The notes under the pieces: model-generated | Databases searched by the model: none | Told to the model about the DNA's origin: nothing | What the model saw: only the letters and a program-made list of their open reading frames with translations | Made by a program: the position numbers and the translations under genes | Part shown: positions 1 through 13,353 of the stretch, in pieces | How the letters are laid out: each line of letters begins with the position of its first letter | Numbering within the stretch: position 1 is the first letter of the stretch | From: Octopus sinensis | Lineage: Eukaryota | Reading direction: 5' to 3' | Length of the DNA stretch: 64,000 nucleotides | Assembly (NCBI RefSeq): GCF_006345805.1 | Contig: NC_043005.1 | Coordinates: 75,268,001-75,332,000 of the forward strand

Positions 1-590
1 GAAGTGAATCGAACGGCTTTTGTGTGTGTTTCTTAAATGGCTTATAAACACCTTCCACGCTGCAATTGTTTTCGTTTCAGCACACGATCTCAGATCAAAT
101 TACTTGCTATGCGAGTACATCTCCGTATTTCAAAAGTGGATTCTCAGAAATAGTTTCTCGTACGAGTTAACTCCCTCTAATTTAGGTTAGCAATAGTTAT
201 TTCCCCTTATTTCGATTTGTATTAACGTAAACGTTTTCTGAGAATTGAAATTATTTCAAAAGTGGATAAAACAAATTCTCATACTGGGGTGGAGGGGCTG
301 AGATTCTAACTGGGGGTGCTGAGCACTCCATAGTCCCCCGCCCGTAGTTACGTGCCTGACGTGTAGCTACGACTTTCACACACGTACAAGCGAGCAGTAC
401 GACTGGCTCCTTTTACCAAGTTCACTCACAAAGCTATGGCAGAAGAGACTTGACCGAGGCGCCACACCGTGGGTCTGAACCCAAGATACATGGTCGGGAA
501 CCAAGCATCTTACCCACACAACCATTCCTACGCCTTTTTTTTTTGTCGCAATAACTTCAGAATAAAGAAAATTAATACCTATTGCTGTTT

Positions 591-965
591 ATACTCTTTT
601 ACTTGTTTCAGTCATTTGACTGTGGCCATGCTGGAACACCGCCATTAGTCGAGCAAATCGACCTCAAGACTTATTCTTTGTAAGCCTAGTACTTATTCTC
701 ATGTGCCGAACTGCTAAGTTATGGGGACATAAACACACCAGCATCAGTTGTCAAGTGATGTTGGGGGGACAAACACAAACACACAACCATATACACATAT
801 ACGATGGGCTTCTTTTAGTTTCTGTCTACCAAATCCACTCACAAGGCTTTGGTCGACCCGAGGCTATAGTAGAAAACACTTGCCCAAGGTGCTATGCAGT
901 GGGACTGAACTTGGAACTATGTGGTTGGTAAGCAGGCTACTTACCAGAGCCACTCCTACGCCTAC
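591..965 (-). mobile_element. tRNA-derived SINE family A
   Basis: Head with Pol III A/B boxes (TGGCTGTGTGG ... GTTCAGTCCC type), internal (TA/CA)n, tail ...GAAACAAGTAAAAGAG. Confidence 0.85.
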
Positions 966-1009
966 TTAGCATTGTAAATGTATTTTTTTCAAAATTCTTA
1001 CTATTTTAG

Positions 1010-1170
1010 AAGGTGCAGGCATGGCTGTGTAGTAAGAAGCATGTTTCCCAATTGCATGGTTCTAGGTTCAGTTCCACTGCATGGCACCTTGGGCAAGTGT
1101 CTTCTACTATAGCCTTGGCTTGACCAAAGCCTTGTGAGTAGATTTGGTAGAGGGAAACTGAAAGAAACTC

Positions 1171-1212
<42 letters not shown>

Positions 1213-1435
1213 TTTATATGTTTGTGTGTCTTTGTGTCTGTGTCTGTCCCTCTACCATGACTTGACAACTGATTGTTGCTGCATGTTTGCATCTCTGTAA
1301 CTTAGCAGTTCAGCAAAAGACACCGATAGAATAAGTACGAGGCTTACAAAAAATAAGTCCTGGGGGTTGATTTGTTTGACTAAGAGCAGTGCTCCAGCAT
1401 GGCCGCAGTCAAACGACTAAAACAAATAAAAGAAT
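1010..1435 (+). mobile_element. tRNA-derived SINE family A, inverted relative to 591-965
   Basis: Full-length homologue in the opposite orientation, about 45 bp from the previous copy. Confidence 0.85.
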
Positions 1436-1480
1436 TTTATTTACATTTGACAGATTTTTATCCTCATCTTGTTTGTTGTT

Positions 1481-1526
1481 AACACGACATTTCGGCTGAT
1501 GTACTCTCCAGCCTTCTTCAGGTGTC
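1481..1526 (-). ncRNA. Minimal type I hammerhead motif in a Penelope-like remnant (~1438-1550)
   Basis: Minus strand reads GACAC-CTGAAGA-A-GGCTG-gagagtacat-CAGCC-GAAA-TG-TC^GTGTT. Stem I is GACAC/GTGTT and stem II is a perfect 5 bp. Stem III is the minimal A-TG-T, probably CpG decay of a palindromic ACGT. Confidence 0.65.
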
Positions 1527-2077
1527 CTGGGGAAATTTCGAATCTATGGTATTTTTTCCATGTTATTATTATTCAGGTCACTGCTTAAGATGGAATTGAA
1601 CTCGGAATCTTGGGGTTAGTAGCCTGCGCTCTTAGCCCATGTTTCATTTATGCCCCAGTAAATAATGATAAAAAATTAAGAATAAACAATATAATAATTA
1701 AAATAAGCATGTAGATCACATAAATTTAGCAGCCAACATCTTAAGGGTTTTTAAGACATTGAAAAGTAAACTAACAACTAATAAAAGGAACCTCCCTTTA
1801 AATTGTAGATCACATACCAAAGTAGCACCACTTACTCTATGGGTCTCTTTTGTCACGCTGTATCTTCCTGAGACTCAGGGTGTGTCTGTGGAGTACTCAG
1901 CAACATTCACGTGTAGGATATTCCATTCCATTCCATTGATCAACTGATAACCTTGTCATAACTGACGGAATGCCAGAAAAAGTAAAATGCATGGCTTCTT
2001 GTTTATTCTTCAACTGTAGTCTTGTATTTTGGTCTTTTACTAATGAATTTTACAACTGTTATTCTTTAAATCTTTAA

Positions 2078-2274
2078 CCTTTAAACCAGCCATATCCAGC
2101 CAAAATATTCCATCTGACCAGATTTGGCCTCACACCTACCTTACAAATATTACTCTAATATATAAAGAATCATATTATTGAAACCTCAAAGCTTCAAGCT
2201 AACTCATGATTAATTCAAAACAATGTGAATAAATAAGCATTACATTTGACAGAGTAGTCTGAATGCTAAATGTC
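2078..2274 (-). mobile_element. piggyBac-type MITE, family 1 (decayed ends)
   Basis: Homologous to 26527-26741 over about 200 bp. Confidence 0.7.
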
Positions 2275-3733
2275 AAGAACATCAACTGTTTGCAGTTCTC
2301 TTATTTCTTTGCTGCCCACAAGGGGCTAAATGTAGAGGGGACAAACAAGGACAGACAAAGGGATTAAGTCGATTACATCGACCCCAGTGCGTAACTGGTA
2401 CTTAATTTATCAACCCTGAAAAGATGAAAGGCAAAGTCAACCTTGGCGGAATTTGAACTCAGAACGTAAAGATGGACAAAATACTTCTCAGCAGTTTGCC
2501 TGGTGTGCTAACGATTCTGCCAGCTCGCCGCCTTATTATTTGCAGAACTGTTTGCAGTTCTCAGGCACAATATTGCTACCCCAGTTTACCTTCAAAGCAT
2601 TTCTGTATTCTAAGTTCAAAGCCAACTGGAGTCAACTTCATTTTTCATCCATTTTGGGGTCACTAAATAAAGAACCAGTGAAGTACAGGGATTGGTTCTC
2701 TTTCTTGGAACCAGCTACATTTTGCAATGAGGATTTTAAGGAATCAGTTATAATATTCTTTACTCCAGAAACGGTGACCGTTTGAATAAAGGACTAGCAA
2801 CTTCTCATAGTAAAACTGATATGCTACAGGAACTGTCCAAGGACTGACACATGGTACAATATGGAAAGGAAATATAACACAAGTAAACAGATACAAATAT
2901 ACCCAGGTATGTCTTCTGCATGAAAAGTTATAATCTAATTTATATACTCTGATCATAGCACACTTAACATGTGATCAAATAATCAAAATTTCAAACATAC
3001 AATAATCAAGTTTAAGAAAGATTTCCAAATGATCTAGAACTGAACATTCATCTTGTTATATAAATGGATACCAGTGAGCTGAAACATAAGAGAAATAAGT
3101 CAATTCTATTGCAGGTAAATCAACAATTTATTTGTAGTAAATTTTAAATGTAAAAAAATATTTATTATTAATTTCCAATTAAATCGAGAAATAAAATCTC
3201 AGATAAACGACCTTATTATTTAAATTTACATGTATATATATTTTTAATTTCTGACTGAAACACAGAAAAATGTCATGATGCTTTAGAAATAAAAATTTAT
3301 CTTAGAGATTAGTAATGTAAAGGTATTTTCAAAGCTTTGAATGTTTTATTCTTATTTGTATTGCTTCTATTAATCAATCCTATGTCTAACATTCCTTTGT
3401 ACCATCAATTCCATAAGCTGAAAGCATGCATATATGTAAAAAATTAGAATGAGAAAGGAATAAACAGTTATGTTGTGAACTCCATTAGCTTACAACTGTT
3501 CCTGCTGTAATATGCAATACACTCATGGTTGAATGCTTCAGTATCACCCTCACTTCATCAGAGCTTCAAACATGAGTGCATTGCATATTATAGCAGAAAC
3601 AGCTGTAAGCTAATGAAGTTCATAACCTGTTTGTTCCTTTCTCTTTCTAATTTCTTATTATCACTGTGCTTAACTGACACTTTGTTCAGAAGCATATGTA
3701 TATTGAGCTTATTTGTATTGCTATGCCTAAGCG

Positions 3734-3764
<31 letters not shown>

Positions 3765-3808
3765 GGTACAACATTGACTTTCTGGACACTGGTGGTCTGG
3801 ATCCTCTA

Positions 3809-3851
3809 GTAATCCACACCAAGTTCCAACCAGGAACTTGGTGTGGATTAC
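3809..3851. repeat. Perfect 19-bp-arm hairpin (loop AACCA) in an unclassified GC-richer fragment (~3765-4070)
   Basis: GTAATCCACACCAAGTTCC / GGAACTTGGTGTGGATTAC. Confidence 0.9.
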
Positions 3852-6290
3852 AATAGTAACTCCATCTGGAACCACCGCTGAGGCAGGATTCATTTTCATC
3901 TCCATTGAGAACAGTCGCAAAATAGGACCGTTATCGACCTGGGAGGAGGCGGGATAGTCGGAGAGATCCACTTATAGAAGGCCTCTATAGCAGGCATAGG
4001 GATTGGGCACCCCTGCTGCGCATCCTCGCCCAATATGTCTTTCTATCTTCCCGTCACTGCCTGACTAGTTTACTGGTACCTAACATAATACAGTAGTAAT
4101 TGAATTTGGATCATTTATATAGTTGGGTACAGGTACCTGTATTTCATTTGATTCATCATCATTTAACATTCCTTTTTTTCCATGCTGGCATGGGTTGGTC
4201 AGTTTAACAAGAGCAGATGAGCCAGAGGACTCTGCCAGATTCTGTGTCTGCTTTGGCTTGATTTCTACTGCTGGATGCCCTTGCTAACAACAACCACACT
4301 CTCTCTTATGTAAATTTAATATTTAATTCAAAGTGTATTGACTAAGGTGGCCATCTCTGGATAGGGAGGGGAAAAAAAAAAAATCGATGTTATACCTGTG
4401 TATGTATATATAACAACTACTAGCCCTTTGGATACCAACCCACCTGAGACTACACCTGGTTCAATGATAGAAACTTGCTATTTTTAAGTAAATTATAAAC
4501 CCCTCACAATACCATGCTCATTATTGTACCAAACCCCAGCTTAATAATGACAAAATTATTTTACTTAATTCTTTATTATTTCCAAAATTTATTGAAGCAA
4601 TAGTGTATATCCAGAGATATGTGGTAATGAAACGGTTGAAATTGTAATCACAGCTTTTCTTAACAAAAATTAACAATACTTTCTTCTAAGTTATGTTTGA
4701 CATTAAGGTTTGTTTGTCAACACAACAAACTTCTTGTACTGACCTTGTAATTCATTAGTTATATTTTAACTTCTGCATTTTTTTTTTTCAAGTTACAGAA
4801 AATTAAGACAATCTAAATGATGTTCATATTAGATTTAGTTTTTATCAAAACAATTTTATTTAAAAATATCATTTCTATTTTTAATATTTACAATAATTTA
4901 TTTCAACAGCATTTATGATCATCTTTGTAGGTCTAATCCCTTAATAAATAAAACCGAAAATATTGAAGAAAAATAATTCACATATATCAGGCTATTAACC
5001 TCATCGTTTATGCTTAAATTTACACAATGCTTTAATTGGATCGAAAGCTGCAAAACGAATTTCAAAAGAAGGGTTTAACAGCCTTGAAAAATTAAAAATA
5101 TTGTGAAAACTCATAATTGTGACTTAACTATTCTAGGATTAGTAATGGCCGGGTGGTTAAGAATCTCACTTTGTGACAACGTAGTTTTGAGTTCGGTCTT
5201 ACTGCATGGCACCTACTATAACTTCAGCCATCCAATGCCTTGTAAAGGAACCCGGTGTATGGAAACTGTATGGAACCCCATCATATATATACACAATCAT
5301 GTGGCTTTGGGTTCAGTCCCACAGCATGGCACTTTGGGCAAGTGCCTTCTGCAATAGCCTAAGGCCATCTGAAGCCTTGAGATAGAATTTGGTAGGTGGA
5401 TGTTCCCTTCGTGTGTGTATACATGTGTCCAAAAGTGACTGCACCTCCTTTAATACAAACACACATTATGTATGTGTGTGTGTGTCTTTGTGTTTGTCCC
5501 CACCTGCATGACAACCAGTGTTGTTTACATACCTGTAACACAATGATTTGCCAAAGGAGACCAATAGAACAAGTACCAGACCTTAAGAAATAAGTACAGG
5601 GGTCAATCTAATCAAACGGAACCCTTCAAGGCAGTGCCTTTGCAATGCCACATTCCAATGACGGAAACAAAGCTAGTTTTACATTTTCCTGATAAATCGA
5701 CAAATTCATCATTTTAACATCCACACTCAACATGGTTGGACGGAATTTGCTGAGGTGGAAGATTGGAAACAAAACACACTGCTTCTATGACGGTGACTCT
5801 CGGTTACAACTATCACAAGGTCCATGCAAGGAGACAGTAACATACACACACACACACATAAGGCTCTGGTTGGCCCAAGGCTATAGAAGAAGACACTTGC
5901 TCAAGGTACCATACAGTGGGACTGAACCTGAAACCATTTAGTTGGAAAGCAAACTTCTTACCACGCAGCCACACCTGCACCTACAATTCTGCAAATAAAT
6001 ATATCTAATTATATCTGATTTAACAAAAAAATTATTAATTTAAATTTAAGCAGGCATCAATTACTTTTACTTTGTATAAAAGTGAATTCCTGCAAGATAA
6101 ACTTATGCACTTTGTTACTTATAAACTTCACATTCAGATTTTAACTATCCTTTACTTCTTTCAATCAGTGGACTGTGGGCCATTCTGGGGCACCATCTTG
6201 ATGGGTCTCTTCTGCCAAACTAAGTTACAGGGGACATAAACAAACCAACAATGGTTATCAAGCAATAGTGGGCCACAAAGCCAGACACAC

Positions 6291-6321
<31 letters not shown>

Positions 6322-8696
6322 TATACAGATACACACACACATGCACATGTGCTTCCACACAGTTTCTATCTACCAAATTTACTCACGAAACACTTGCCCA
6401 CGGTGCTGCACTATGGAATTGAACCTGAAACCACATATCCATGCCTATGTGGAGTTGCAAAATACAAAAAAAAAAATCTTTTGCTAAGAACCATTCATAA
6501 GTCACACACAAGAAAAATAACCAAAATAACAAAAATTAAGAAAATACCATCTTTATATATATTTATGATATCGTAACTATATCCACTCGGGACTTACAAT
6601 TAGCTAGCTTTTGCATTATCTCATTTGCTCTAAATGTGTGCAGCAGCTAAAAAAAAGCATTGGATAGTTTTAATTTATATATATATATATAATACATTAT
6701 AAAGAAAAAGAAAATTTTATATTTAAATAAAAAATGCAAAATATTTTATTTGTGGAATTACTTTCAAAATCACAATTGGTGTTTTTTGCTTGTTTGTTAT
6801 TTTTTTTAGTATTTTTTTATTATTTATGTGATAAATTTAACAAATTTGTAATAAAAAATATTTGCAAATATACAATAAATCATTGCTGCCAAATATACAA
6901 ATAAACCACTTGTCTGGCATGTTCCTAATACAGAGGAAATATAGTAAATTAACACTATTAGTTTAAAAACTACCTTACTAATTTTCTAATGTAGGATGCA
7001 ACAATTAATTAATTAATTAATTCTAATGTAAAATGTAATAATTAGGTCTTGCTGAGAAATTAAATGATTATATGGTTTACTTTACATTTAATATCTACAT
7101 TTATATGTAAAATATTTAAAGTAATTATATTATGTCCAAAAGTAACAGATTTTTGAGTAATATGCCCAAATAAATAAATAATATCAATTTAAATTTAAAA
7201 TGTCTACATTAGACATAGTTCTTAAAGGCATAGAATGTTTGGTGTTGGCCAAGAGCAAAATTAAAGAATTGCAATGAGATATGAAATCTGATGGTCCAGG
7301 AATCAAGAGTAAGTTATCTTGTCTACTTGATAATTTCACATGTCACTGATGCAGGGGATAAAAAATTTATCTCAGCAGGATTTGAACTTGGAACAGAAAG
7401 TTGCGTTTTTAAACACTGCCAGGTAATTTATCCATCATTTTATCAATTTTGCCAGTATATCACATTAGTGTTTATTGTTGTTGTTATTATCATCATCATA
7501 AGCATAATTAATAATTGTTTCAAATTTTGGGACAAGGCCAGAAATTTTTTTTAAGGGAAGGGGCAGTCAGTCGATTTTTATTGATCACATTTGATTGGTA
7601 TTTTATTTTATTGACCCTGAAAGGGATGAAAGGCAAAGCTGACCATGCCAGGATTTGAACTCAAAATGCAGAGAGCCAGAAAAAAATACCTCAAGACATT
7701 TTGTCTGCTGCACTAAAGATTCAGCCAGCTTGCTGCCTTTATAAGCATTATTGATAATCCTTTCTGCTGTAGGCCTGAAATTTCAAGGGATTGGAATGGG
7801 ATGGGGGGTGGGGTGTCTAGTCGATTTCATCAATTCCAGTGCGTAACTGGTACTTACTTCATCGACCCCGAAAGGATGAAAGGCAAATTCAATCTCAGTG
7901 GAATTTGAACTCAAAATGCAAAGAGCTGGAAGAAATGCCACTTGACATTTTGTCTGCTGCACAAATGATTTGGCAAGCTTGCTGCCTTCATAAGCACTAT
8001 GAATGATAAAAATGATGATAATCTATAATTTAGGCACAAGGCCTGCAATTTAGAGGGAGGAGATTAGTCAGTTTGATTGAACCCAACTCTAGATTGGTAC
8101 TATATTTTCTCAATCTTGGAGGGATGAAAGGCAGTCAACATAGGCAGGATTTGACTTCATAATAAAGGGCTAGAACAAATATCGCAAGGCATTTTGTTTG
8201 AGAGCCTAATAATTCCGCCAATCTTCTACAGTCTTCTCCAAATAATTAATATTACTAATAAATAACAACAACTTTAGTTAATAAAATAAAAAACAGATTT
8301 TTAAAATTAAGAAATATAGGAATTCTTCTTTTACTTATTGTTTAAAAGGGAATATATATAAATATAGTAATTGATAAGCAACTAAAAGAAATTCCTATAC
8401 ATTGACTGCAATACAAGCTTTAAAAATAAAAAAATGAAAAAGTATTTAGCTCAGAATATAATTTAACTTATTACAGTTTTTCACTTTGTAATAGAGCTCT
8501 TGTATGTACATCTGATTGTTGGATCTTGTGTTTTAAGACTGTTCATTAACTGTGTATAGTTTCATTAATTTTAATTATAACAACATTTACATTTGATAGT
8601 TATTTACAATTAATAACATCAGATTTCAAACGAAAAAAAAAAAAAGAATTTTTCTTCCTTAAAACAGATAATTGCAGGAGTTTAATAAATTTAATT

Positions 8697-8743
<47 letters not shown>

Positions 8744-8954
8744 TATATATATATATATGTCAAAACTTAGATTTAAAAAAAAAACCTTAAGATTATAAGA
8801 GCAAAAGTATATCTTTTTTTGATTTGGTTACAAACTTAACTGTAATTTTTTTTTTAAAATTTAGAAAAAATAAGCTAAACAAAAAAAAAAGTCAGCAAAA
8901 AATCATTTCTCTCCGGGGGGAAAAAATAATGTAAAAAAAGTTTATTTTAGATTT

Positions 8955-9047
8955 TTAACCGAGATCAACAGATTCAGATGAAGAAGAAGCTTTCGTAGTT
9001 GGCTCCCTTACAGTGAGATTTTCCCTGCATATTGGACAGTTTCCATG
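8955..9047 (-). CDS. RNF115/RNF126: RNF115/126-like last coding exon (HGNCPICRENLTVREPTTKASSSSESVDLG*)
   Basis: tttatcttttcag acceptor, phase 0. Completes the RING (x10-C-x2-C, CPICR). TAA at 8957-8955. The intron just before this His matches the family position. Confidence 0.95.
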   Translation of the reverse strand, partial: HGNCPICRENLTVREPTTKASSSSESVDLG

Positions 9048-9164
9048 CTGAAAAGATAAAATAGAAACTCAAGTTTGAAACAAGATGACAGTGTGCAAGA
9101 AAGAAGACTTAGAAAGTACAGGCATTTGGATGAATGTAGAGGGAATGACAGCTTTATAAAGCAA

Positions 9165-9387
9165 ACTCTTTACTCTTTTACTTGTTTCAGTCATTTGACT
9201 GTGGCCATGCTGGAGCACCACCTTTAGTCGAGCACATTGACCCCTGGACTTGTTCTTTTTAAGCCTAGTACTTATTCTATCAGTCTCTTTTGCCAAACCA
9301 CTAAGTTATGGGGATGTAAACACACCAGCATTGCTTGTCAAGCGATGTTGGGGGGACAAACACAGAAACACAAACATATACACACCC

Positions 9388-9429
<42 letters not shown>

Positions 9430-9587
9430 GGCTTCTTTCAGTTTCCATCTACCAAATCCACTCACAAGGCTTTGGTCGGCCTGAAGCTATAATAGAAGAC
9501 ACTTGCCCAAGGTGCCACGCAGTGGGACTGAACCCGGAACCATGTAGTTCGTAAGCAAGCTACTTATCACACAGCCACTCCTACGCC
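9165..9587 (-). mobile_element. SINE family A in the last intron of the RNF gene
   Basis: Full-length match to the other family A copies. Confidence 0.9.
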
Positions 9588-10907
9588 AATGTGAATGGAA
9601 CTTGCAGAAAAGAGAAACCAAGGAAGACATGGGATGAAGAGACAAAAACTGATCTCACAAAGGATTGCTGTGCAAAGCATGGTACATTGAATGTTAAAAA
9701 CGATAGTAGTGTATACAAGCTGAAAGGTATATAGACATCTGTATTCAAACCTATTTCCTAATATATCCCTGTTAAACCTCTATCTGATGACCCCAACTTA
9801 CATTCGGGTCTATTGCTCAATATATCCCTGTTAAGTTTATCTAATACCTCATTTGAATCTATTGGCCTATATATGCTTATTAACCTTTCATAGGTCCTTT
9901 GATAATTTCTCATCTGGCTTTTACTTAACTGTCATTCACCCCACTCTTATATTCACTGCAACACCATTCTGTTTTACCCATGATGCATTTCTTTGTCATC
10001 TAATCTCTCACCCTCGACCCTCTTCTATCCACTCTACCATGACAGTTTCCATCCAGTATACTCTCACTCCAGTGCTGTTTCTCTACCATTACTCCCACCT
10101 TTACTACCCTCCCTTTCCAGCCATGATTTCCCCTTACTATATACTGATGAGACAATGTAAGTTCCACTTTCACCACTTAAATTGACAACAAAAAATTATT
10201 GCTAAAGGCTTGGCACTTACAGAGGAAGGTCTGAAGGATTTTGCTGATAATGATCCTAAAAGTCAATACGACATAAAAACTACAATGAGCTCCGTTCCTA
10301 ATGTGAGATTTACAAAGAGATGATGAGTCATAAACAACAGTTAAGTTCGGATAAGTTCTTCTCCCACCACCTCATGCTGATGTTGGTGATAAAGAACAAT
10401 AAAATAGTAAATAATAATAATGAAATTATTGTGTTTAGTACTCAGGTGCACTACAACTAATAAAACTGTGTATCGGATGGCACCAGTGGTTTCAGGGTTA
10501 GGAAGAGTCTAGCAGTAAGATTCAGTTTAAATGAAGTAACCCCAAGGCTAAGCCTGCATGCTCATCCTTTAAGTAATACTCATTCCACCACAGCCCCTCA
10601 GGCAGTTTTTTTAAAGTTGGATGCCCTTCTTGTCACCAATCTTCACCTGTTTCCAGGGAAGATATTTCCCCAAAGCAAAAGATGTTTCCACAGAATATCA
10701 GAAATGAATGACACAGCTTGAACAACAGTGACAATCATTTCACAACTAGCATGCCAAGTCAAGACAAGGAGACACAAACATATACAAACACACACAACTG
10801 GCTTCTTTCAGTTTCTGTCTACTAAATCCACCCACGAGGCTATACAAATGTGTGTGCGTGTGGTATTTATATATACAGGGAGAGAGAGAGACTAGAGTAA
10901 GACATAC

Positions 10908-11023
10908 CTGTGATAGCCAAGTATCAATGCAACTACAGTGGTATTGGTGAGTACAATATAACTGTTTCACTTGTTCTTCTAGAATAAATTCAGACAAACA
11001 TATTGAACACTGCAGGCTGTTAT
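10908..11023 (-). CDS. RNF115/RNF126: RNF115/126-like coding exon 8, most of the RING-H2 (D-NSLQCSICLSEFILEEQVKQLYCTHQYHCSCIDTWLSQ)
   Basis: tttactttgcag acceptor and CAG|gtatgt donor. 116 nt, phase 1 to 0. Contains C-x2-C-x14-C-x-H-x2-H-x2-C and the conserved W. Confidence 0.95.
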
Positions 11024-12129
11024 CTGCAAAGTAAACACAACAACTGTAGCAACAAAATAGATTTTCATAAAGCTAAAAAGAGAGATTTCACAAAGAAATT
11101 TACTTTATTTTCAAAATATATCTTTTGACAAAGCAGTAGTCAACCTATTATTGCAAGAAAGAGACAAAGGGGCAACTGACTGAAATACCTTGAGTATTTA
11201 TAACGAGCTCATTTTATTGTCTCTGGATGGATAGAAAAAAATAAAGTCAGTCTACAGATTGTTTTGAACTCAGAAGGAAGAGCAGGCATGGGCAACCTTT
11301 TTCGAGATGCAGGTCACACTATTAAAATTATTCAAGATAGTTTTTGTTAGGTGAGCCATTCGGAAAGTTCCACGGGTCACAGTTTGCCCATGACTGATGT
11401 AGAGAGACTCTATGGTGTAATATACTCTGGAGTGTATTTATTGAAGTTTTTCCCAGACAACATTATGCCAACTTATGTTACACGTTTTTAGGATGCACTG
11501 CCCACAACGAAACAGCTAGCTGTGTCACACCACCATGCATAGGTGACGATCATCATCCCATAATCAATTATGCTGACCCCAGAAGGATGAGAATTTAAGT
11601 TAACCCTAGGAGGATTTGAGACCAGAACATAGTCTTTATTACTCCATAAGGAGCATAGAGTCAGTTTATCAGTTTCTCTGGTATATATATTTCTCCTTGA
11701 GTGGACTCGAGCAACGTGAAATGAAGTGTTTTGCTCAAAAACAACACATCACCTGGTCCAAGAATCGAAACCACAACATTACGATCATGAGTCCAACACC
11801 CTAACCACTAAGCCATGTGCCTCCACAAGATCAGAACATGAACAGCTGAAATTAAATCACCAATGATTTTTGCAAATCTACTGCTTTTACTTAAAGTTAC
11901 CATTAGGTGAATGGGTTAAAGCTTTAATGTTAGACAATGTAAATTATACAACATGACATACTTCAACTGAACAAGCTGAATATAGATACTGCATAGTCTT
12001 CACCAACAACTGAGTCATTTTAGGACACTCGCTCATGTATAAAACACATTCTCTAGTAATTACTGCAGATATCTGCATTTAAAAATCATCTTATCCATTT
12101 GCAAAGCAGAGATAGCATAAGAATCTTAC

Positions 12130-12223
12130 CAACTTGCTGTTGAGTTATTTTGACTTTGGGTAAAGAATCTATTTTATCTTTCTCCGCTGGGGGAACTCCA
12201 TTACAATCAATCTGGTTTATCAA
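12130..12223 (-). CDS. RNF115/RNF126: RNF115/126-like coding exon 7 (LINQIDCNGVPPAEKDKIDSLPKVKITQQQV+G)
   Basis: ctcatttcag acceptor and G|gtaaga donor. 94 nt, phase 0 to 1. Matches the family pre-RING motif GPPPADKEKIxSLPTVxVTxEQV. Confidence 0.93.
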
Positions 12224-12265
12224 CTGAAATGAGATAATATATATGAGATAATATATATGTATTGA

Positions 12266-13321
12266 CTAGCAAAGATACCTAGCATTGCTCAGGATTAAAA
12301 TGGCATGGTTTGTATGTAGATTGCAGTTATGTTGAAACGGGTGATGTGGGAAAGTGAAGCATTTATGACAAAACATATGGAGTAAATGATGGGCTAATTC
12401 AACTAAGCAACATGCTATGTGTCTGTTTGGAGGAATCCAGGCTCTAACCTGTCATGGAAAATAGGGGTTGGGGGGGAGGTGATTTTTGAATGCACTGAAA
12501 GTGCAGTGGATATACTTTCCTTTACAGCGGTCAGTGCTGCGTCTAACACCACCTGTCGTATGGTTGACAATCAAATGAATGTATGTGTAATGGAGATATT
12601 GTACGTAAATGAGTACATTCCACAAATGGGCTACAATGGGAGACGACAATGGGGAAGAGAACTATTGAAATACTGCAGAAGGCGAAGGGTCAACATTGGA
12701 TTCTTGGTGTGGCTGTAGAATAAGAAACATAAACTGAGCCACACACACACACACAAACAGATACATACACATTCATATACAAAATGTGACAACTCACGTA
12801 CATATAAGACACACACACACACACAGACATACATAGCTTTTCACCTCATCGTTATTATTCAATCGTCAAATATGTATAAGCATGTGTAGAAAATTACCAC
12901 ACATACACACACAATTACATACATACAATAAAAGAGACACACATAGACATACATTCATACATGTCAGTTGTCACATATGTATGCGTACGTGTTATTAAAC
13001 AACGTACATAACATGGAAACACACACTCATATACAAAATGTGACGTCATCGTATAAAATGTCTTTTACTATCTCATATAAATAGAACACAGACACTCATA
13101 TAAAATGTCCTGAACAATAGTTGATTATAGAAAGATTATCTCTGTGAAATGTTATATTGTTTTAATGGAAATGGAAAAGAAATTACATGTTGACACTCAA
13201 GGGATGTAATACTATATAGTAAGAGAGGCACACCCACACATACATTCCCGCATATCAGTCATCACATACGTATATGTATTTATAGATGTGCGTGGGTTTA
13301 ATAATGTACCTAACACAGAAA

Positions 13322-13353
<32 letters not shown>

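Noticed and set aside
2831-2906. Possible plus-strand exon (ctacag|GAACTG...CCCAG|gtatgt)
   Set aside because: Splice-like signals and open frames, but no recognisable protein and no partner exons found.
3588-3971. 127-aa minus-strand ORF
   Set aside because: Runs through a hairpin and into (CA)n/(TA)n. The VIHTKF...GTWCGL peptide appears on both strands only because of the inverted repeat.
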